From contig NC_043005.1 of NCBI RefSeq assembly GCF_006345805.1, forward strand, positions 82,336,001-82,400,000: a stretch of 64,000 nt of DNA, in the 5' to 3' direction. The notes under the pieces were generated by a model that had not been told where the DNA came from, ran no database searches, and saw only the letters and a program-made list of their open reading frames with translations. The position numbers were made by a program, and so were the translations under genes. The stretch is from Octopus sinensis. Lineage: Eukaryota. Shown in pieces: positions 1-13,687 of this stretch. Position 1 is the first letter of the stretch; every line of letters starts with the position of its first letter.

Positions 1-31
<31 letters not shown>

Positions 32-961
32 GTTTTCTGAACAGAGAGCTGACAGTACATCATTCACTGGAAATCTAGACTCAAGTGCACTATTTGCAGT
101 CTTTTATAATATGATAGTAAAGTGCAGTACAGTGTATTGATATTTGGTGAATCCTTTCCAATATTGTCGTAAGAGAGCAAAATAATGTTATAGGGAATTT
201 TCGTTTCATATCTAAGATTGTTTAACACATGAGATGTATAACTTATACTTTCAACATGTTGCCAATAATTTTAATAATAGTAACTCTGGAGAGGAAATGC
301 GTGATCAAAGAACAATTGCCGTGGAGAATATTGGAAGTATACATTTCTAGGGAACATTTACAGCCTTGCAAAGCATATATTTTCCAGAGGTAATCTTGCT
401 TAGTACTAGTACTTCATTACTAAATATGGAAAGATTATAATGCATTAAATACCAAAAAACTGCAACACAAGGGAGATAAATCGAAGAATAATCACTGTCC
501 TGTTAATGTTTAAAGAATATTCATCAACCAAAATAACCGTCGAATTTGCAAAAATTAACTGTGTAAAACTTTAACTGCTGAATAACCCAGCATGTTAGAG
601 TTCCTGAAGATACTTCTTACGATAGATTGTTATAGAACTCTCATAACTGTTAAGGTTTTTAGTGTCTAACAGCAACCACAAGCAATGCCCCTGTCATGAT
701 TTATTTTTTAAGGGACGATACTTAGTGTATTCGGTCGTTGATATTTCTTACGAGTAAAGAAAACTCTACGGGTTCATATTTCACAAGCTGTTGGTAGCAT
801 CGATTAAGCAATTACCGACACAAACACATAATGACACACGCGTGCGTGCACTCAAAAACACACACACGCACACATGGAGGCATTCATTTGCACGCACTCA
901 GGAAGCGAAGCATGCTTACATATATATGATATCTGTATGTATATGTGCGATTAAGTATGCC

Positions 962-1005
<44 letters not shown>

Positions 1006-1109
1006 ATATTTTTCTAAATACATATATACATACATATAGTATATATATGTATGTATGCATGTATTATGTGTGTATATATATACACATACATATATTTGTA
1101 TATACATAC

Positions 1110-1172
<63 letters not shown>

Positions 1173-1408
1173 TAAAAATATCTATATACATGCATATGTG
1201 TACACATTGTATATATGTGTGCATGTGCGTGTACCTATACATATGTATAATATATGCGTATAATATGCTGCACAGGTCTTTTATAATGTACATATATCTA
1301 TGTGTATCTACATACATATATATATGTGTGTGTGTATGTATGTGTAATCGTGTGTGTTTGTGTGAATGTGTGTTTGTGTGTGTGTATATGTGCGCAAGCA
1401 TGTGTGTA

Positions 1409-1520
1409 TGATAAATGGAATTTTACCGATCACACACTTGTATATACATATATATCTATATATATGCATACATTCATACATATACAAGCGTGTGTATGAT
1501 CGGTAAAATTCCATTTATCA
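1409..1520. repeat. Small inverted repeat (foldback)
   Basis: TGATAAATGGAATTTTACCGATCA (1409-1432) is the exact reverse complement of 1497-1520; inner flanks are also roughly complementary. Confidence 0.85.
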
Positions 1521-1945
1521 CACTTTCCAACTAATTCAATATTCACGTTGCCTTTAATGGTAAATTCACGCTGGCGTTACCAACAAACTAATAATTTCCC
1601 TCACTCCTACATCAATCAGTGGAGGAATTAAAAATATAAGAAATAGATAGAGACAGAGGAAAAGAGTGAGAGAGAGAGTGAGATAGATTGAGTGAAAAAG
1701 ATAGCGAGAGAGAGAGAGAGAGAGAAATGAAGAGAAAGAGTGAGATATATCGTGCTGCTTATAGAACCATAAACTTGATTACACACATTTTATTTATGTT
1801 TGTTCGATGTGCTCAAAATCACGGCCAGAACTCATAAATCTACTCTCTTGTTTTAAAGGCTATGTCGAACGTTTTGATTTCGATATACAAAGCAATCCCC
1901 GGGAAAAAGTGGGACACTTTTGATCAAACCGTTTCTACATAACCA

Positions 1946-2348
1946 ATTTCTTTGCTACCCACAAGGGGCTAAACACAGAGAGGGCAAACATGGACAGACA
2001 AACGGATTAAGTCGATAATATCGACCCCAGTGCGTAAATGGTACTTAATTTATCGACCCCAAAAGGATGAAAGGCAAAGTCGACCTCGGCGGATTTAGAT
2101 CTCAGAACGTAACGGCAGATGAAATACCTATTTCTTTACTACCCACAAGAGGCTAAATACAGAGAGGACAAACGGATTAAGTCGATTGCATCGACCCCAG
2201 TACGTAACTGGTACTTAATTTATCGACCTCGAAAGGATGAAAGGCAAAGTCGACGTCGGCGGAATTTCAACTCAGAACGTAGCGGCAGACGAGGTACGGC
2301 TACGCATTTCGCCTGGCACGCTAACGTTTCTGCCAGTTCGCCGCCTTC
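1946..2348 (-). mobile_element. tRNA-derived SINE family A, head+body+body dimer
   Basis: Pol III-type head with B-box GAGTTGAAATTCC; the body is repeated and joined at GAAATAG|GTATTTC. About 14-bp TSD TTTCT(A/C)CATAACCA at 1932-1945 and 2351-2364. Confidence 0.9.
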
Positions 2349-2607
2349 GTTTTCTCCATAACCATGAATTTCGGAACACATTATAAAGCAAAAGAAAAAT
2401 AAAATAAAATAAACGAAACAAAATAAAGCGCAAATATATTTACTTGAAGGTAAAGAGGGTACAACCTTCAAGGAATACTAGCCAATTTCTGTCAAGTCAT
2501 ACCCTACAGTCTCAAAATAGTAGGGACACATTGGATATCTTAAAACTTTTCTCCTGTTTAAGTAATCAACCATGACAAAAATTAGAAAATGGGCCAAATG
2601 GGGAAGG

Positions 2608-2668
2608 CATATACCTGTTTGAGTGAACATATACCTGTTTGAGTGAACATATACCTGTTTGAGTGAAC
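2608..2668 (+). repeat. Perfect 20-bp tandem repeat x3
   Basis: CATATACCTGTTTGAGTGAA occurs three times without mismatch. Confidence 0.95.
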
Positions 2669-2739
2669 TACACGAATTAGGCACTATATATCTGTGGAAT
2701 TGAAGCATACAGCCTTAAACTGGGAAAGGACATATATCA

Positions 2740-2774
<35 letters not shown>

Positions 2775-2787
2775 CACACATATCCAT

Positions 2788-2844
<57 letters not shown>

Positions 2845-3340
2845 CAATATATATATATATATACACATATATATCTTTTATCGTTTATTCCTTATCTTTT
2901 ACTTGTTTCAGTCATTATACGGCAGCTATATTTGGGCGCCACCTTCAAGTAGGTTAATCGAACGAATTACCCCAAGTGCTTAATATTTTTTTAAAAACCT
3001 GCTACTTACCATCGGGTCCTTCTGCTGAATCGCTAGTTGCAGGGACATAAAGATCTTAATGCTGGTTTTCAAATGGGGGTGTGGGAGAAGCACAGACAGA
3101 AAGGCACACCCGCGCGCGTCGCCCATATACATATATGTATATAATTTCATTCCCTTCGAGATTTTATCACTACTTAATGGCTTGAACTTTAGCTGTTCCT
3201 TCTACCGTAAAGGAGTCCTATGATGGATACCCTTGTATTTTGTATGAATGATATATAGTCTATTTACTAATTTTTCTATACGCTAGCCCACTGGTAGTAG
3301 AAAATTCTAAAATCTTTATTACCTTGATATTATTACATTG

Positions 3341-3371
<31 letters not shown>

Positions 3372-3501
3372 GTAATGCAATACGAGAGTATTGCCTTTCC
3401 AGTAAAGAATAGCCCGTGAGGGAAAATTATACAAAGAAGTAAATATATGGCACAACGAAGTAAATATCGGTACTTCGTTGTGCCATATATTTACTTATTT
3501 G

Positions 3502-3538
<37 letters not shown>

Positions 3539-3716
3539 TCAGCATATGTACGACGAACCTCTTTCGGTTTCCGTCTACCAACATCCACTCATTATACTGT
3601 GGTCGGTCCGAGGCTATAGAAGAAGACATTTGGCGAAAATGACATATATATATATATGTGACTGACCCCGGGACCGTTTGGTTGGGAATTAATTTCTTAT
3701 CACGCAGCTGCGTTGG

Positions 3717-3763
<47 letters not shown>

Positions 3764-4384
3764 ATATATATATGCGTGAATGTATATGTATGTGTGCGTA
3801 AATGTGTATATATGTGTGCGTGTGTAACTTATTTCATTGCTCTCGAAATAGATGTACATATTTTAAAATATGAACGACTTCTATATATTATTATAGTTTC
3901 TAACTTTCCAGCATAGTGAATCATTCAATATTATTTCCCATAAAACATTAAATACTAATGTCTCGAACATCAGCCAAATTCTTACAATAGATTTCTTCAA
4001 TATAGTGAATGGATTTTTATTTTTTTGATTGCATCAAACTACATACGTTACCCTTTACTACTTTTATTAACAGTCCTCTGTAGAGGTCGCCCAGTAAAAT
4101 GTATTTACGTTACATCATAATGGGATTTTCCATCATCGTGTATATACAAGTAAACACAGACACTATTCTTATATCTATTATAGATATTAATTCTAGTAGA
4201 CAGCAGAAGCTTTTTGCTAAAATAGCCAGGGTCAGTAGTGCTAGACAACTGTTTAAATTCATTAGCTCGAATATTCTTGAGATATGATAAAGCATAAATA
4301 GGTATTTGATTCGATGCCAAAGACAAGAATTTTGTCAGAGCCAAAACAAAATACAACTACAGCAACGATAACAATATAAATGAT

Positions 4385-4391
4385 GGTGGTG

Positions 4392-4430
<39 letters not shown>

Positions 4431-4727
4431 TTAACAATAATAATAATAATAATAATAACATTAACAATAATAATAATATTAATAATAATAATAATAATAA
4501 CATTGACAATAATATTAATATTAATAATAATAATAACATTAACAATAATAATAATATTAATAATAATAATAATAATAACATTGACAATAATATTAATATT
4601 AATAATAATAATAACATTAACAATAATAATAATATTAATAATAATAATAACATTAGCAATAATATTAATAATAATAATAATAACATTAACAATAATAATA
4701 ATAATAATGATAATAATGAGACTGTAT
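4385..4727. repeat. (ATA)n-derived compound minisatellite
   Basis: ATA runs are punctuated by recurring CATTAACA, CATTGACA and TATTA variants. This explains the poly-I and poly-L ORFs. Confidence 0.9.
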
Positions 4728-5507
4728 TATGAAAGATCACTTCTAAACCATACCTAATATAAATTGTTAAATCTCGTTTCATATTTTGAATTCTTTCCAA
4801 TAAAAATGAGAAATAGAATAATTAAATGTAAAACGCAAAAAGAAAAGAAAAACGAGAAAAATGATAATGAGATAATCAAAACAAAATTCTTATCAGAGAT
4901 TTCTTAACTGTTCAGAATGGCAGGTATGAACACAGAACTTAGATGGTGTTAAAAAATAATAATGAACCATTGAAAACTTTATTGTATAATGTTGTTCTAT
5001 GACGTATGTCCGTATTCCTAGCCCTCAGTATGGAACATAAAAATGGTATTGCTTTGTGTGTGTGTCAGTCTGTCTGTGTCTGTGTGTGTATGTCTCTGTG
5101 TGTCTGGGTCTTTGTGTGTCTGTCTGTGTGTCTGACTCTGTGTCTATTTGTTGTCTGTCTGTCTGTCTCTTTCTCTTTCTATATAAATAGATATATATTT
5201 ATATAGATACATATAATATATATATATACGAACAAGCATACACACAAATACATGTGTACATATACATTATGTATAATTCATTTTAAATTTTGCGTAGCGT
5301 CTTCTGATTTTTGTTATGAAGTTTTGAACAATAGTTCCTAAAACTACGTTCGAAGTTTCCAGACTGTCACAGTCTCATTTTTAAAATTTAAATATATATG
5401 TATACATATACACACACATATATATATTGATATATATATATATATACATATTGATTTATATACATATATATGTATATACATACATACGCACACAGCCACC
5501 CCCACCC

Positions 5508-5543
<36 letters not shown>

Positions 5544-5939
5544 TGTGCATCTGTGTATATATATGTGTGTGTGTGTTTCTACGTTTGAATGCCTGTATGC
5601 ACATATATAATTCGTATGTATATGAATTTATGAAGAGCGTCACCATTTTATTATTTGCGAATGTAACTACCAACTGAAAGTTGAACAAGGTTTACATTAG
5701 CAATGATATAGGAAATCCATGATGGGTTTTGAGTATTTAACGAAATCCCTGATTTAACAAAATCCGCGTGTCGACGAAATCCGTGATGCTTTTGTTTATT
5801 TAACATTGAAAAAAATAAACCAATTAAAAAAAATATATGTTATGAATGTTATAGCATCATCATCATCATCATATTCATCATCACCATCATGATCTTCATC
5901 ATCATTATTATTGTGTTGTTGTTGTAGCTGTTGTTACTC

Positions 5940-6810
5940 TAATATACGACTTGACTCCGGAGTGGCCTTATTCTTGGTTGAATTCATCTGTAGCTTTTGC
6001 TGATTGTATATAGCCTTAGGTACCTAGAAGCTTTCAATAATCTTTGAGGTGCTTTCAGTAATCCTGATATTTACTATTCCTAAAAGGCAAACATTCTGTA
6101 AAGGCTCTACAGGGCATTCCATCCAGTCTTCTTTAATTATTTTCCTATACCATTAGAGTTTTTTTTTAAACCACTCATTCGAAAAACAATCAAATTTTGC
6201 AGTTATGATTGCGCTTATATTTCCTTTGTACAAGGGTACTGCACTCACTGAAAATGTGCTTGATACTCTCGTCTCCTTTCCTACAGAGTCTCGATTTGCG
6301 GTCTGACTGAGTTTTATCGATCTTTCCCTTTGTATGATTTGTTGTAAGGTTTTGTTCTTGAGAGACTATAATTAGCGTTCATGCCTCTCGTTTCAAATTC
6401 CTGACCAGTAAAGAAATCCAGTGATCTTTAATTCCAACATTCCCGGTTTGTTGCACGAATTGACCATGTAGTTCTATTTCTTTCTATTTCTTTATTGTTT
6501 CAGTCTCCCTGTTCTGTTTCCATCATGGTTTGGGTATTTCTGGTTTTAGAAAGTACTCTTTCTTTACGCTGAACAACATAACACAGTACTAACAGTGCCT
6601 TCTGCTTTTATTAATCATCTACCACCTCCTTCTTGGTAAATAGAGTCGATCGGTGTTGCTTTTGGGATGCACTGCCTTATGCATTCGAAGCGGCTTTCTA
6701 GTTCTTCTATCCAAGTTCTGCAGCTCAAACTTTGTCAATTTCAGAATGGAAGCAGATGATCTCAATACTAGCATACCCGTGTATTTATGGTTTCCATGAA
6801 GTTCTCTCTA
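5940..6810 (-). mobile_element. Degraded R4/Dong-type (restriction-like endonuclease class) non-LTR retrotransposon, 3' part
   Basis: Minus-strand translation with frameshifts gives LDRRTRKPLRMHKAVHPKSNTDRLYLPR (post-RT region), SRLCRKGDESIKHIFSEC (CCHC knuckle remnant) and LQNVCLLG (C-terminus). The element ends in simple repeats. Confidence 0.8.
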
Positions 6811-6832
6811 TTTAAATGTATTTTTAACATCG

Positions 6833-6885
<53 letters not shown>

Positions 6886-7392
6886 GAGTGAGAGAACAGT
6901 GCTTGCCATCAAAGTGACACTGGGGTAAAATATACGGAACCCAGTATACCCATCATGACTACCCGTCTGATAAGGGTACACCAGGCACAAGCATCACAAC
7001 CATATGTGCGCGACATGGTGATCTCATATCAAGATGAACAGCGCATGACCTTGCAGGTGGGGCCCAGTTAGAATTTTCTTCTGGTCGAGTAGCCCATCCC
7101 GCTGAAAAGGTCCCTGGATAAGTATTGTTTAAGGATGTTGAACGAAACACACATGTTTCCAAAGTTGAATTATCCAAACCTCTAAGAATTCCTTTTAACC
7201 CACGGCTATGATGCTCCCCCACTACTTCTGCTCGTGATCAGAGACGCACATATCGTCAGCCACTAAGGGACAAGCTCAATTGGTTAAGGTCAAGGAACTG
7301 AAAAGCAAATCTGTGGTATTGAGCAGAATATTTCCTGTAGCCCACTTGTAGCAAATCTGTGATTTTGAGCACAATATTTGCCGTATTATATC
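6886..7392 (-). mobile_element. About 500-bp interspersed retroelement 3' fragment embedded in (TAA)n
   Basis: Unique GC-richer block bounded on both sides by (TTA)n. A roughly 30-bp internal duplication (GCAAATCTGTG..TTGAGCA.AATATTT) lies at its putative 5' junction. Family assignment is by recognition only. Confidence 0.6.
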
Positions 7393-8240
7393 TTTATTAT
7401 TATTATTATTATTATTATTAGTAGTAGTAGTAGTATTTCGGACAAAAGGTTTAGCCGCATTTCGTTGGTCTTTACGTTCTGAATGCAAATTTCGCTCAGG
7501 CTGACTCTGCTATTTATCCCTTCTGGGTCGATGAATTATGTACCAGTGAAAATCTAGGGCCTTGTGCATTTAGTAGAAAGGGTTATTATATTCATCGTTG
7601 TCGTTGTTGCTGCGGTTGTTGTTGTCGTTGCTTTTGTTGTTATCGTCGTTGCTGTTGTAACCTAATTGATTTTGCTATAACACGATTATTACGCTGTGTA
7701 TTTTGGTTTCTGCATGTTTGGAATTAAAAACGTAATGGCATGTTCTATCTTTGTCGCCTAAGTATTTTGTAAATTGTTCGTAGAATCTATTGTTTAAATT
7801 AAACGCGCACAAAAATTTAATTCTTGTTTCCTGGAAATTTGTGTCATTCTGTATTAAAGACAATATACGTGTTAGTGTGTGTGTCTGTGGAGAGGGAGGG
7901 AGAACTAGAGAAAGAGACAGAGAAAGGAAGAGATTGATACACAGATTGAGAAATAGTTAGAAATATAGATATACTTATATAAACACACACATACACACAT
8001 ATATACATATATATATGAGTATGTAAGTGTATATATACACACGTATATATATATATATATATGTATGTATGATATATATATATATATGAATGTATGAATG
8101 TGTACATATGTATGAATATATATATATATATATATATGAGTACGTAAGGGTATATATATGCACACGTATATATATGCATGTATGAATGTATGATATATAT
8201 CTATGAATGTATATATATATATATACACACATTCATACAT

Positions 8241-8282
<42 letters not shown>

Positions 8283-8504
8283 TGTGCATGTATATACACT
8301 TACATACTCTCTCTCTCTATATATATATGTATACATTCACACATATATATATATCATATATAGAACTAAAATTGTAATTGACAACCGACTGACCTATAAG
8401 ATTGCGCTATTTTTCATACACTTGATATGTTCTGCATACAGACACGTGCGTCTGTTCAAATCTGTCATTCTACTTTAGTCAATCGAAACAGATATGTTAT
8501 AATC

Positions 8505-8710
8505 ATTTCTACTGTAGGTACAAGGCCTGAAATGCGGGGAGAGTGGACAAATATCGATTATATTGACCCCGGCGCTTCACTAATACTTAATTTATCAACA
8601 TGGAAAATATGAAATGCAAATTCGACCACAGTGGAATTTGAATGCAGAACGTTGTGGCAGACGAAATACCACTTAATGTGCTAACGATTCTGCCAGCTCG
8701 CCACCTTGAG
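8505..8710 (-). mobile_element. Diverged family A-related SINE
   Basis: Shares ATCGATTATATTGACCCC, TACTTAATTTATC, GGAATTTGAA..CAGAACG and GCTAACGATTCTGCCAGCTCGCCACC with family A copies. Confidence 0.7.
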
Positions 8711-9512
8711 CATATGTTATAATGTTCTTACTATGAAAATCTGAAGTACATATTCCATGAAAGGAACTGATTAGCCTGCAACTTATGCAAGTAAATTTTA
8801 AAAAGAGATTAGTTCAGAAATGACGAAAAAGAACAAGGAATATGTGAGGACATATGTGATTATAAACTTTACATCAGTTATTAACCATTCTAAAGTATAT
8901 ATATATATTGCAGTACCTTTGAAAGAACACTTTTGCTATTCTGTGTAATATTATGAAATATGGCTTACATAACAAAATTGATACTTGTACTAAATTTCTT
9001 GATACAATATGAAATGAATTCTAATTTTCGAATGAAAAATATTCATTACTTCAGAATTAGATTAAATTGAATAAATCTTTCATTTCTATATTTGCACTAG
9101 ATATATGTTATTATTGTTATTTTTTTGTTCATTTTTCTTTTTCAATTTCATTAGCATAATAGAAATATTGTCCATCGAAAACATATCTGCAATAGTTCAG
9201 TAGAAGTGTATTTTTGGAACGTTAGCATTGCCTGCAGCTGAGTCTCGTATGTACAGTCATGCTGTACAATGTATGTTAAGTTTCTCTGTAGCTCTTTTGT
9301 ACTCTCTGTTTTGCTCACTGCCTAATGATTAGGGAAATTAACAAACCAACAATACATAGAAACCAATGACCAACGAACATTGATTGCTTACGCCATTCAT
9401 GTTTATAGTTAAATAAATGGTCTTATAGATAAGGTTTTGATTAGCTGGTGAGAGGCACACACAAGCACATAAACACACAAACACACATATAGGAAATGCT
9501 TTGGAAATATGT

Positions 9513-9630
9513 GGAGGCACATGGATTAGTGGTGAGGGTGTGTGATTCATGATCGTAAGATTGTGGTTTCAATTCCGAGACCGGGTGGTAAGTTGTGTTC
9601 TTGAACGAAATACTTCATTTCACATAGCTC
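9513..9630 (+). mobile_element. tRNA-derived SINE head (family B)
   Basis: A-box-like TGGATTAGTGG and B-box-like GGTTTCAATTCC, followed by GTTCTTGAACGAAATACTT as in 47851-47972. Confidence 0.7.
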
Positions 9631-11074
9631 CAAACTGTAAGTGAAAATGTGTAATCTAACGACGGCCCGGCGTCCTGTCCAAAGAGGAATATGTATTCGT
9701 CAGAGCATGTAGACTAACCATATGTAAAATATAAAATAGAGTCAGTATCATTTACTCCGTATGATATTCTGGCAATTTGCATCCTTGGATACGGGATTTC
9801 ATTGTGCAACTGGATGAGGATCTGCAGAAATTCTTCAGGAGAACATTATTTATATAATAAATATTTGCGTTTGTTTGTCTATGAGGTGTTTGTGTTCGTT
9901 CCTTCGTGCTTGCGAGGCGTGCCTGTATGTATATTTACACTTGTGTATTTGTTTGTTTGTATGTATGTATGTATGTATGTATGTATGTATGTATGTATGT
10001 ATGTATAAATATATATATACGTTTTGATGTTACGTCCCAAAATAGTATTGGTCTATGATTTATGAACGGTAATCCGATAATATCTGCATTAAATATTGAC
10101 ATTTCAAAATGCTTGGCTGTTGAATTAATAGAAGCAATAGAGGGACGGGTAAAATGCCATATATTATTTCATTATACCTCTTTGTGTGTTGAGCATTAAT
10201 CTTGCCAAGGTCGGCTTTACCTTTGATCTTTACTGGATTGATGCCGCGAGCATCCAACGAAAGTATGATTCAATGTAATTGACCAGTACACCCCCTCTAA
10301 ATGTAAGGCTTCGGAATCCATTTTAGAAACTCCTATGTAAGTATGCATCCATGCGTTACTATGAAAATATTTGATTTTTCTTATGTTTAGAGTTATGATG
10401 TTTTATAATTTCTTGCTTCGACATTAGTATTGCGATGCAGATATATTTGGATAATTGATGTTTTACGTTACACCCGTTTCATTTTGAAATGTTAAGCGAT
10501 ATGTGGTATCCGCACATGATAAAACTCGTTTGTTTAGGGTTATATTTATTTATTTCATGTTCTATGCTATTAAATGATTATTCTAAATCTGGCAGAACAT
10601 GAGTATCTGTTACGCAAGATAAAATGTTTCCTCTTTCAATATATATAATTACAATAATGACAGCGTTCTTTAGTATGCATGCCTTATCTTGTATTGTTAT
10701 AAAAGCCTTTCTCTTCACACAAAAACATTCTCGATGCAGATCTGATTCCATTCAGTATTAACATTGATATCATATAAATTCTCATCTCACTTTAAGCATG
10801 GTGTGTGAAACTCGCTTCCTGTTCGCAAAATTCTATTTATTGTATTATTTCTTCTTTTTTTAAACAAAAAGACATATATGGTTATATATGGGTTTTTAAG
10901 CCATCAGATATATATCCTGTTGATATGAATGTTGAAATCGCTAGCAAATGTGCAATTCATTTTTAAAGATATTTAAAGGGATGAATTTGAATGTTGAAGG
11001 CACCAAATAGTAATACCTACCACCAGTTGACTGGTGTTCTTATGATTCTTGAGCCCCAGGATATATTTTATAGA

Positions 11075-11330
11075 CTAGGAACCATGCGGTTGGGAAGTCA
11101 TACTTCTTACCACACAACCACGGTTCCACCTATGCGGCAAGATGAATTTATTACTTTTCTTTTTGATATACACATCCATGATAAACCTAATGTTATATAC
11201 TCACGAAAATCTCCTGCACAAATACACGCACACATATAAAATTACATATATTTCTCTATCTGCATGTTATCACTGAGAATATTTAAATCCTTCACTTGTT
11301 CAAAGATATCGTCCTTTACTTTGCAGGGAC
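11075..11330. repeat. Unit 1 of a locally triplicated SINE-head + flank segment
   Basis: ACTAGGAACC..CCACAC followed by a flank with ACATCCAT, TACATATATTTCTCTATCTG and CATGTTATCACT. Homologous to 13688-13950 and 15164-15420. Confidence 0.65.
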
Positions 11331-12471
11331 CTTTAACATAATCCAATTTGTTCCAGTATTCGTTCCAAAAACCACTCTCTCTGTAACTCAGGGGCCTCGA
11401 TGTAACATAAAACGCTAATAAGATCTCTTCTTTTCGTCAGCAAATGTTTTCATGACTCCTTTCTCTTTTAACTAAAATATTTTAAAAGTGCTTTTCGTGA
11501 AAAATTCGCAGGTGCAACTGAAGATAATTATCACTGTTATTACTAACAAGACAAATTATCGCAAAGAATCTTCAGCTTTGGTTCCTATCACGAACAGATA
11601 AAACCAACATTTTCTTATGGTGCCAAAAAAAAAACTTATTATAATTAATATCAATTCTAAGTAATATAAATATAGTAAAATTAAATTTATATTTCAAATA
11701 AAGGGAAGATAAAAATTGATATTTATATGGCAGCGTTATTTTTTTTGTCAAATTTTTTGGCTTACTACGATATGTTTCCCAATACAAGAATACATAAAAA
11801 GAAATTCAATTAGCCATCATTTCAAACTACATAAGTTTTTACTAATTTAATAATGATACTTTGAAGAGAGAGAACGAAATATAAAATACTGCAATATTTC
11901 TACGTAATATACTTAAATTCCTAATTTATTCTTTTTAATTTTCAAGTGAAAATACTCACATTTGAAACTGGAAATTATTAGATACAGTGTTTGACTAGGC
12001 GTAAACATATTCTCTATAGAGATAGTATAGTCGATTGCTTGTCGAGAATATATTAACTGTTACATACATTGATATCTTAATTAGGAAATGAATTCTGATT
12101 ATGGCATTATGGTAGGAATTGATTACAGAAGATAGTAAGAATAATATTAAAGCTGCACGTCATATAACTTTGCAACATTGTAAGAAAATCTGCAGATCTT
12201 TATCCAAATCAGGATTTTATTTATGATTTCATGTTACGTGTGTGTGTGTGTGTGTGTGTGAGTGTGTATATACTCACAGACATCGGTACACAACGGCGCG
12301 TAACAATACATTAAAATATAAATTCTATCCACAGATTATTTATATTATTATTACTACACACACAAACAAACATACACACACTCACAGATATATATTTATA
12401 AACATGCCTATACATATATATATATATATATATCATAAATACAAACTAGCATAGCATTACCGGTAATTCCT

Positions 12472-12515
<44 letters not shown>

Positions 12516-12722
12516 TTTAAAGCAGCAGAAAATTCAACAGAACCTGTTACTCTGAGTTTCCCGTTGCCGTTCATCAGCAAAAACTGTCCGATGAACGGCA
12601 ACGGGAAACTCAGAGTAACAGGTTTTGTTGAATTTTATGCTGCTTTAAATAAAGCATATTACTCTACCACTGGTATTTGAGTACTCTTTTTCCACCTTGT
12701 TTCACATTTATGTGTTTACTCC

Positions 12723-12725
<3 letters not shown>
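12516..12725. mobile_element. Palindromic hammerhead-bearing repeat inserted in (TA)n
   Basis: 60-bp arms 12516-12575 and 12590-12649 are 58/60 complementary with a 14-nt loop. A unique body continues to about 12724. Confidence 0.8.
12584..12621 (+). ncRNA. Minimal type I hammerhead ribozyme-like motif (U4C core variant)
   Basis: Stem I CTGT/ACAG, core CCGATGA, stem II CG-GCAA-CG, GAAA, stem III ACT/AGT, cleavage triplet GTA (12615-12617). The mirrored minus-strand copy has canonical CTGATGA (12571-12577). Confidence 0.6.
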
Positions 12726-12763
<38 letters not shown>

Positions 12764-12805
12764 GCGGTGATTCAGCATGGCCGGAGCTCTGAGCTGGAAC
12801 TACAG

Positions 12806-12864
<59 letters not shown>

Positions 12865-13687
12865 CATACACAGTCTCAAATAGACCTACATATGTTTTTA
12901 CTACATCGATTAGTAACATATATCAATCGAACTGTATAGTATTATATATCAATAATGGTAAATCTTACGAATCGGTTTGGGACTGTGTTGAACGGAGTGT
13001 AACGCAACAGTCCGGTTATGCAACCCTGGAATCTTCAGAGGTAGCTGTTATGAAATGAAATATAGCCGCTACCCTCTCCTGTTGGAGATGACCAAACATC
13101 CGGTTTGTTGTTGCTGTGCAAACAACGATAAAAGGAATCGATCAGCGGTTAGGTTAAGAGTTATGGCCCTTGTCATCAAAGACATCATCACTGTGTGTGG
13201 TTTTGTTGCAAGTCGGTGAAAGTTTTTGGAATAGTATTTATGGGAAATGTATGCATCTTTAAGGATGCTGTTCTTGTGAAAATGGAATGTGTGTAGTGGT
13301 ACTATATGTATAGCCTTTGCGGGGCGGCGTACATATTTTTGTTCATTGGTGTGGTTTCTTTTATGTTTTGGTTAAAATTCTTGGGGCATTTATGACGGCG
13401 TGCGGTGTATGTAGGGGTACAATTTGTGTGGAGTCTTATATTAGATGTGGTCGAAAAAAGGTGGATTTCCGCCATGCTGGGACATGCGTGTTTTTGTGTG
13501 CTTCTGTGTATGTTCTGGTAAACTTTTTTCAGGATTCCTAGGTTTTAATGGAAGGCCGAAACAGGGTGACTGGTAGCTATAGTCATGATGTGGCACACAG
13601 GTGTGATAGGATGTACTTTCTTTCATGTGGCCAAGTATTGAAAACTTCGTTTCTGCTGTTTAGTTAGCCGCAGGATAACTTCTTCAG

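Noticed and set aside
596-650. AGAGTTC-CTGAAGA...GAACTCT, a 7-bp stem around a hammerhead-like 5' core
   Set aside because: No GAAA and no stem II or III; too degenerate to call.
2608-2668. CRISPR-like array
   Set aside because: The repeats are contiguous with no spacers, and the context is eukaryotic.
11322-11415. Open frame FYVTSRPLSYRESGFWNEYWNKLDYVKGPCK (minus) or a strong plus-strand acceptor at 11331
   Set aside because: The minus-strand acceptor is purine-rich with competing AGs, the plus strand has no good donor, and no homology was recognised.
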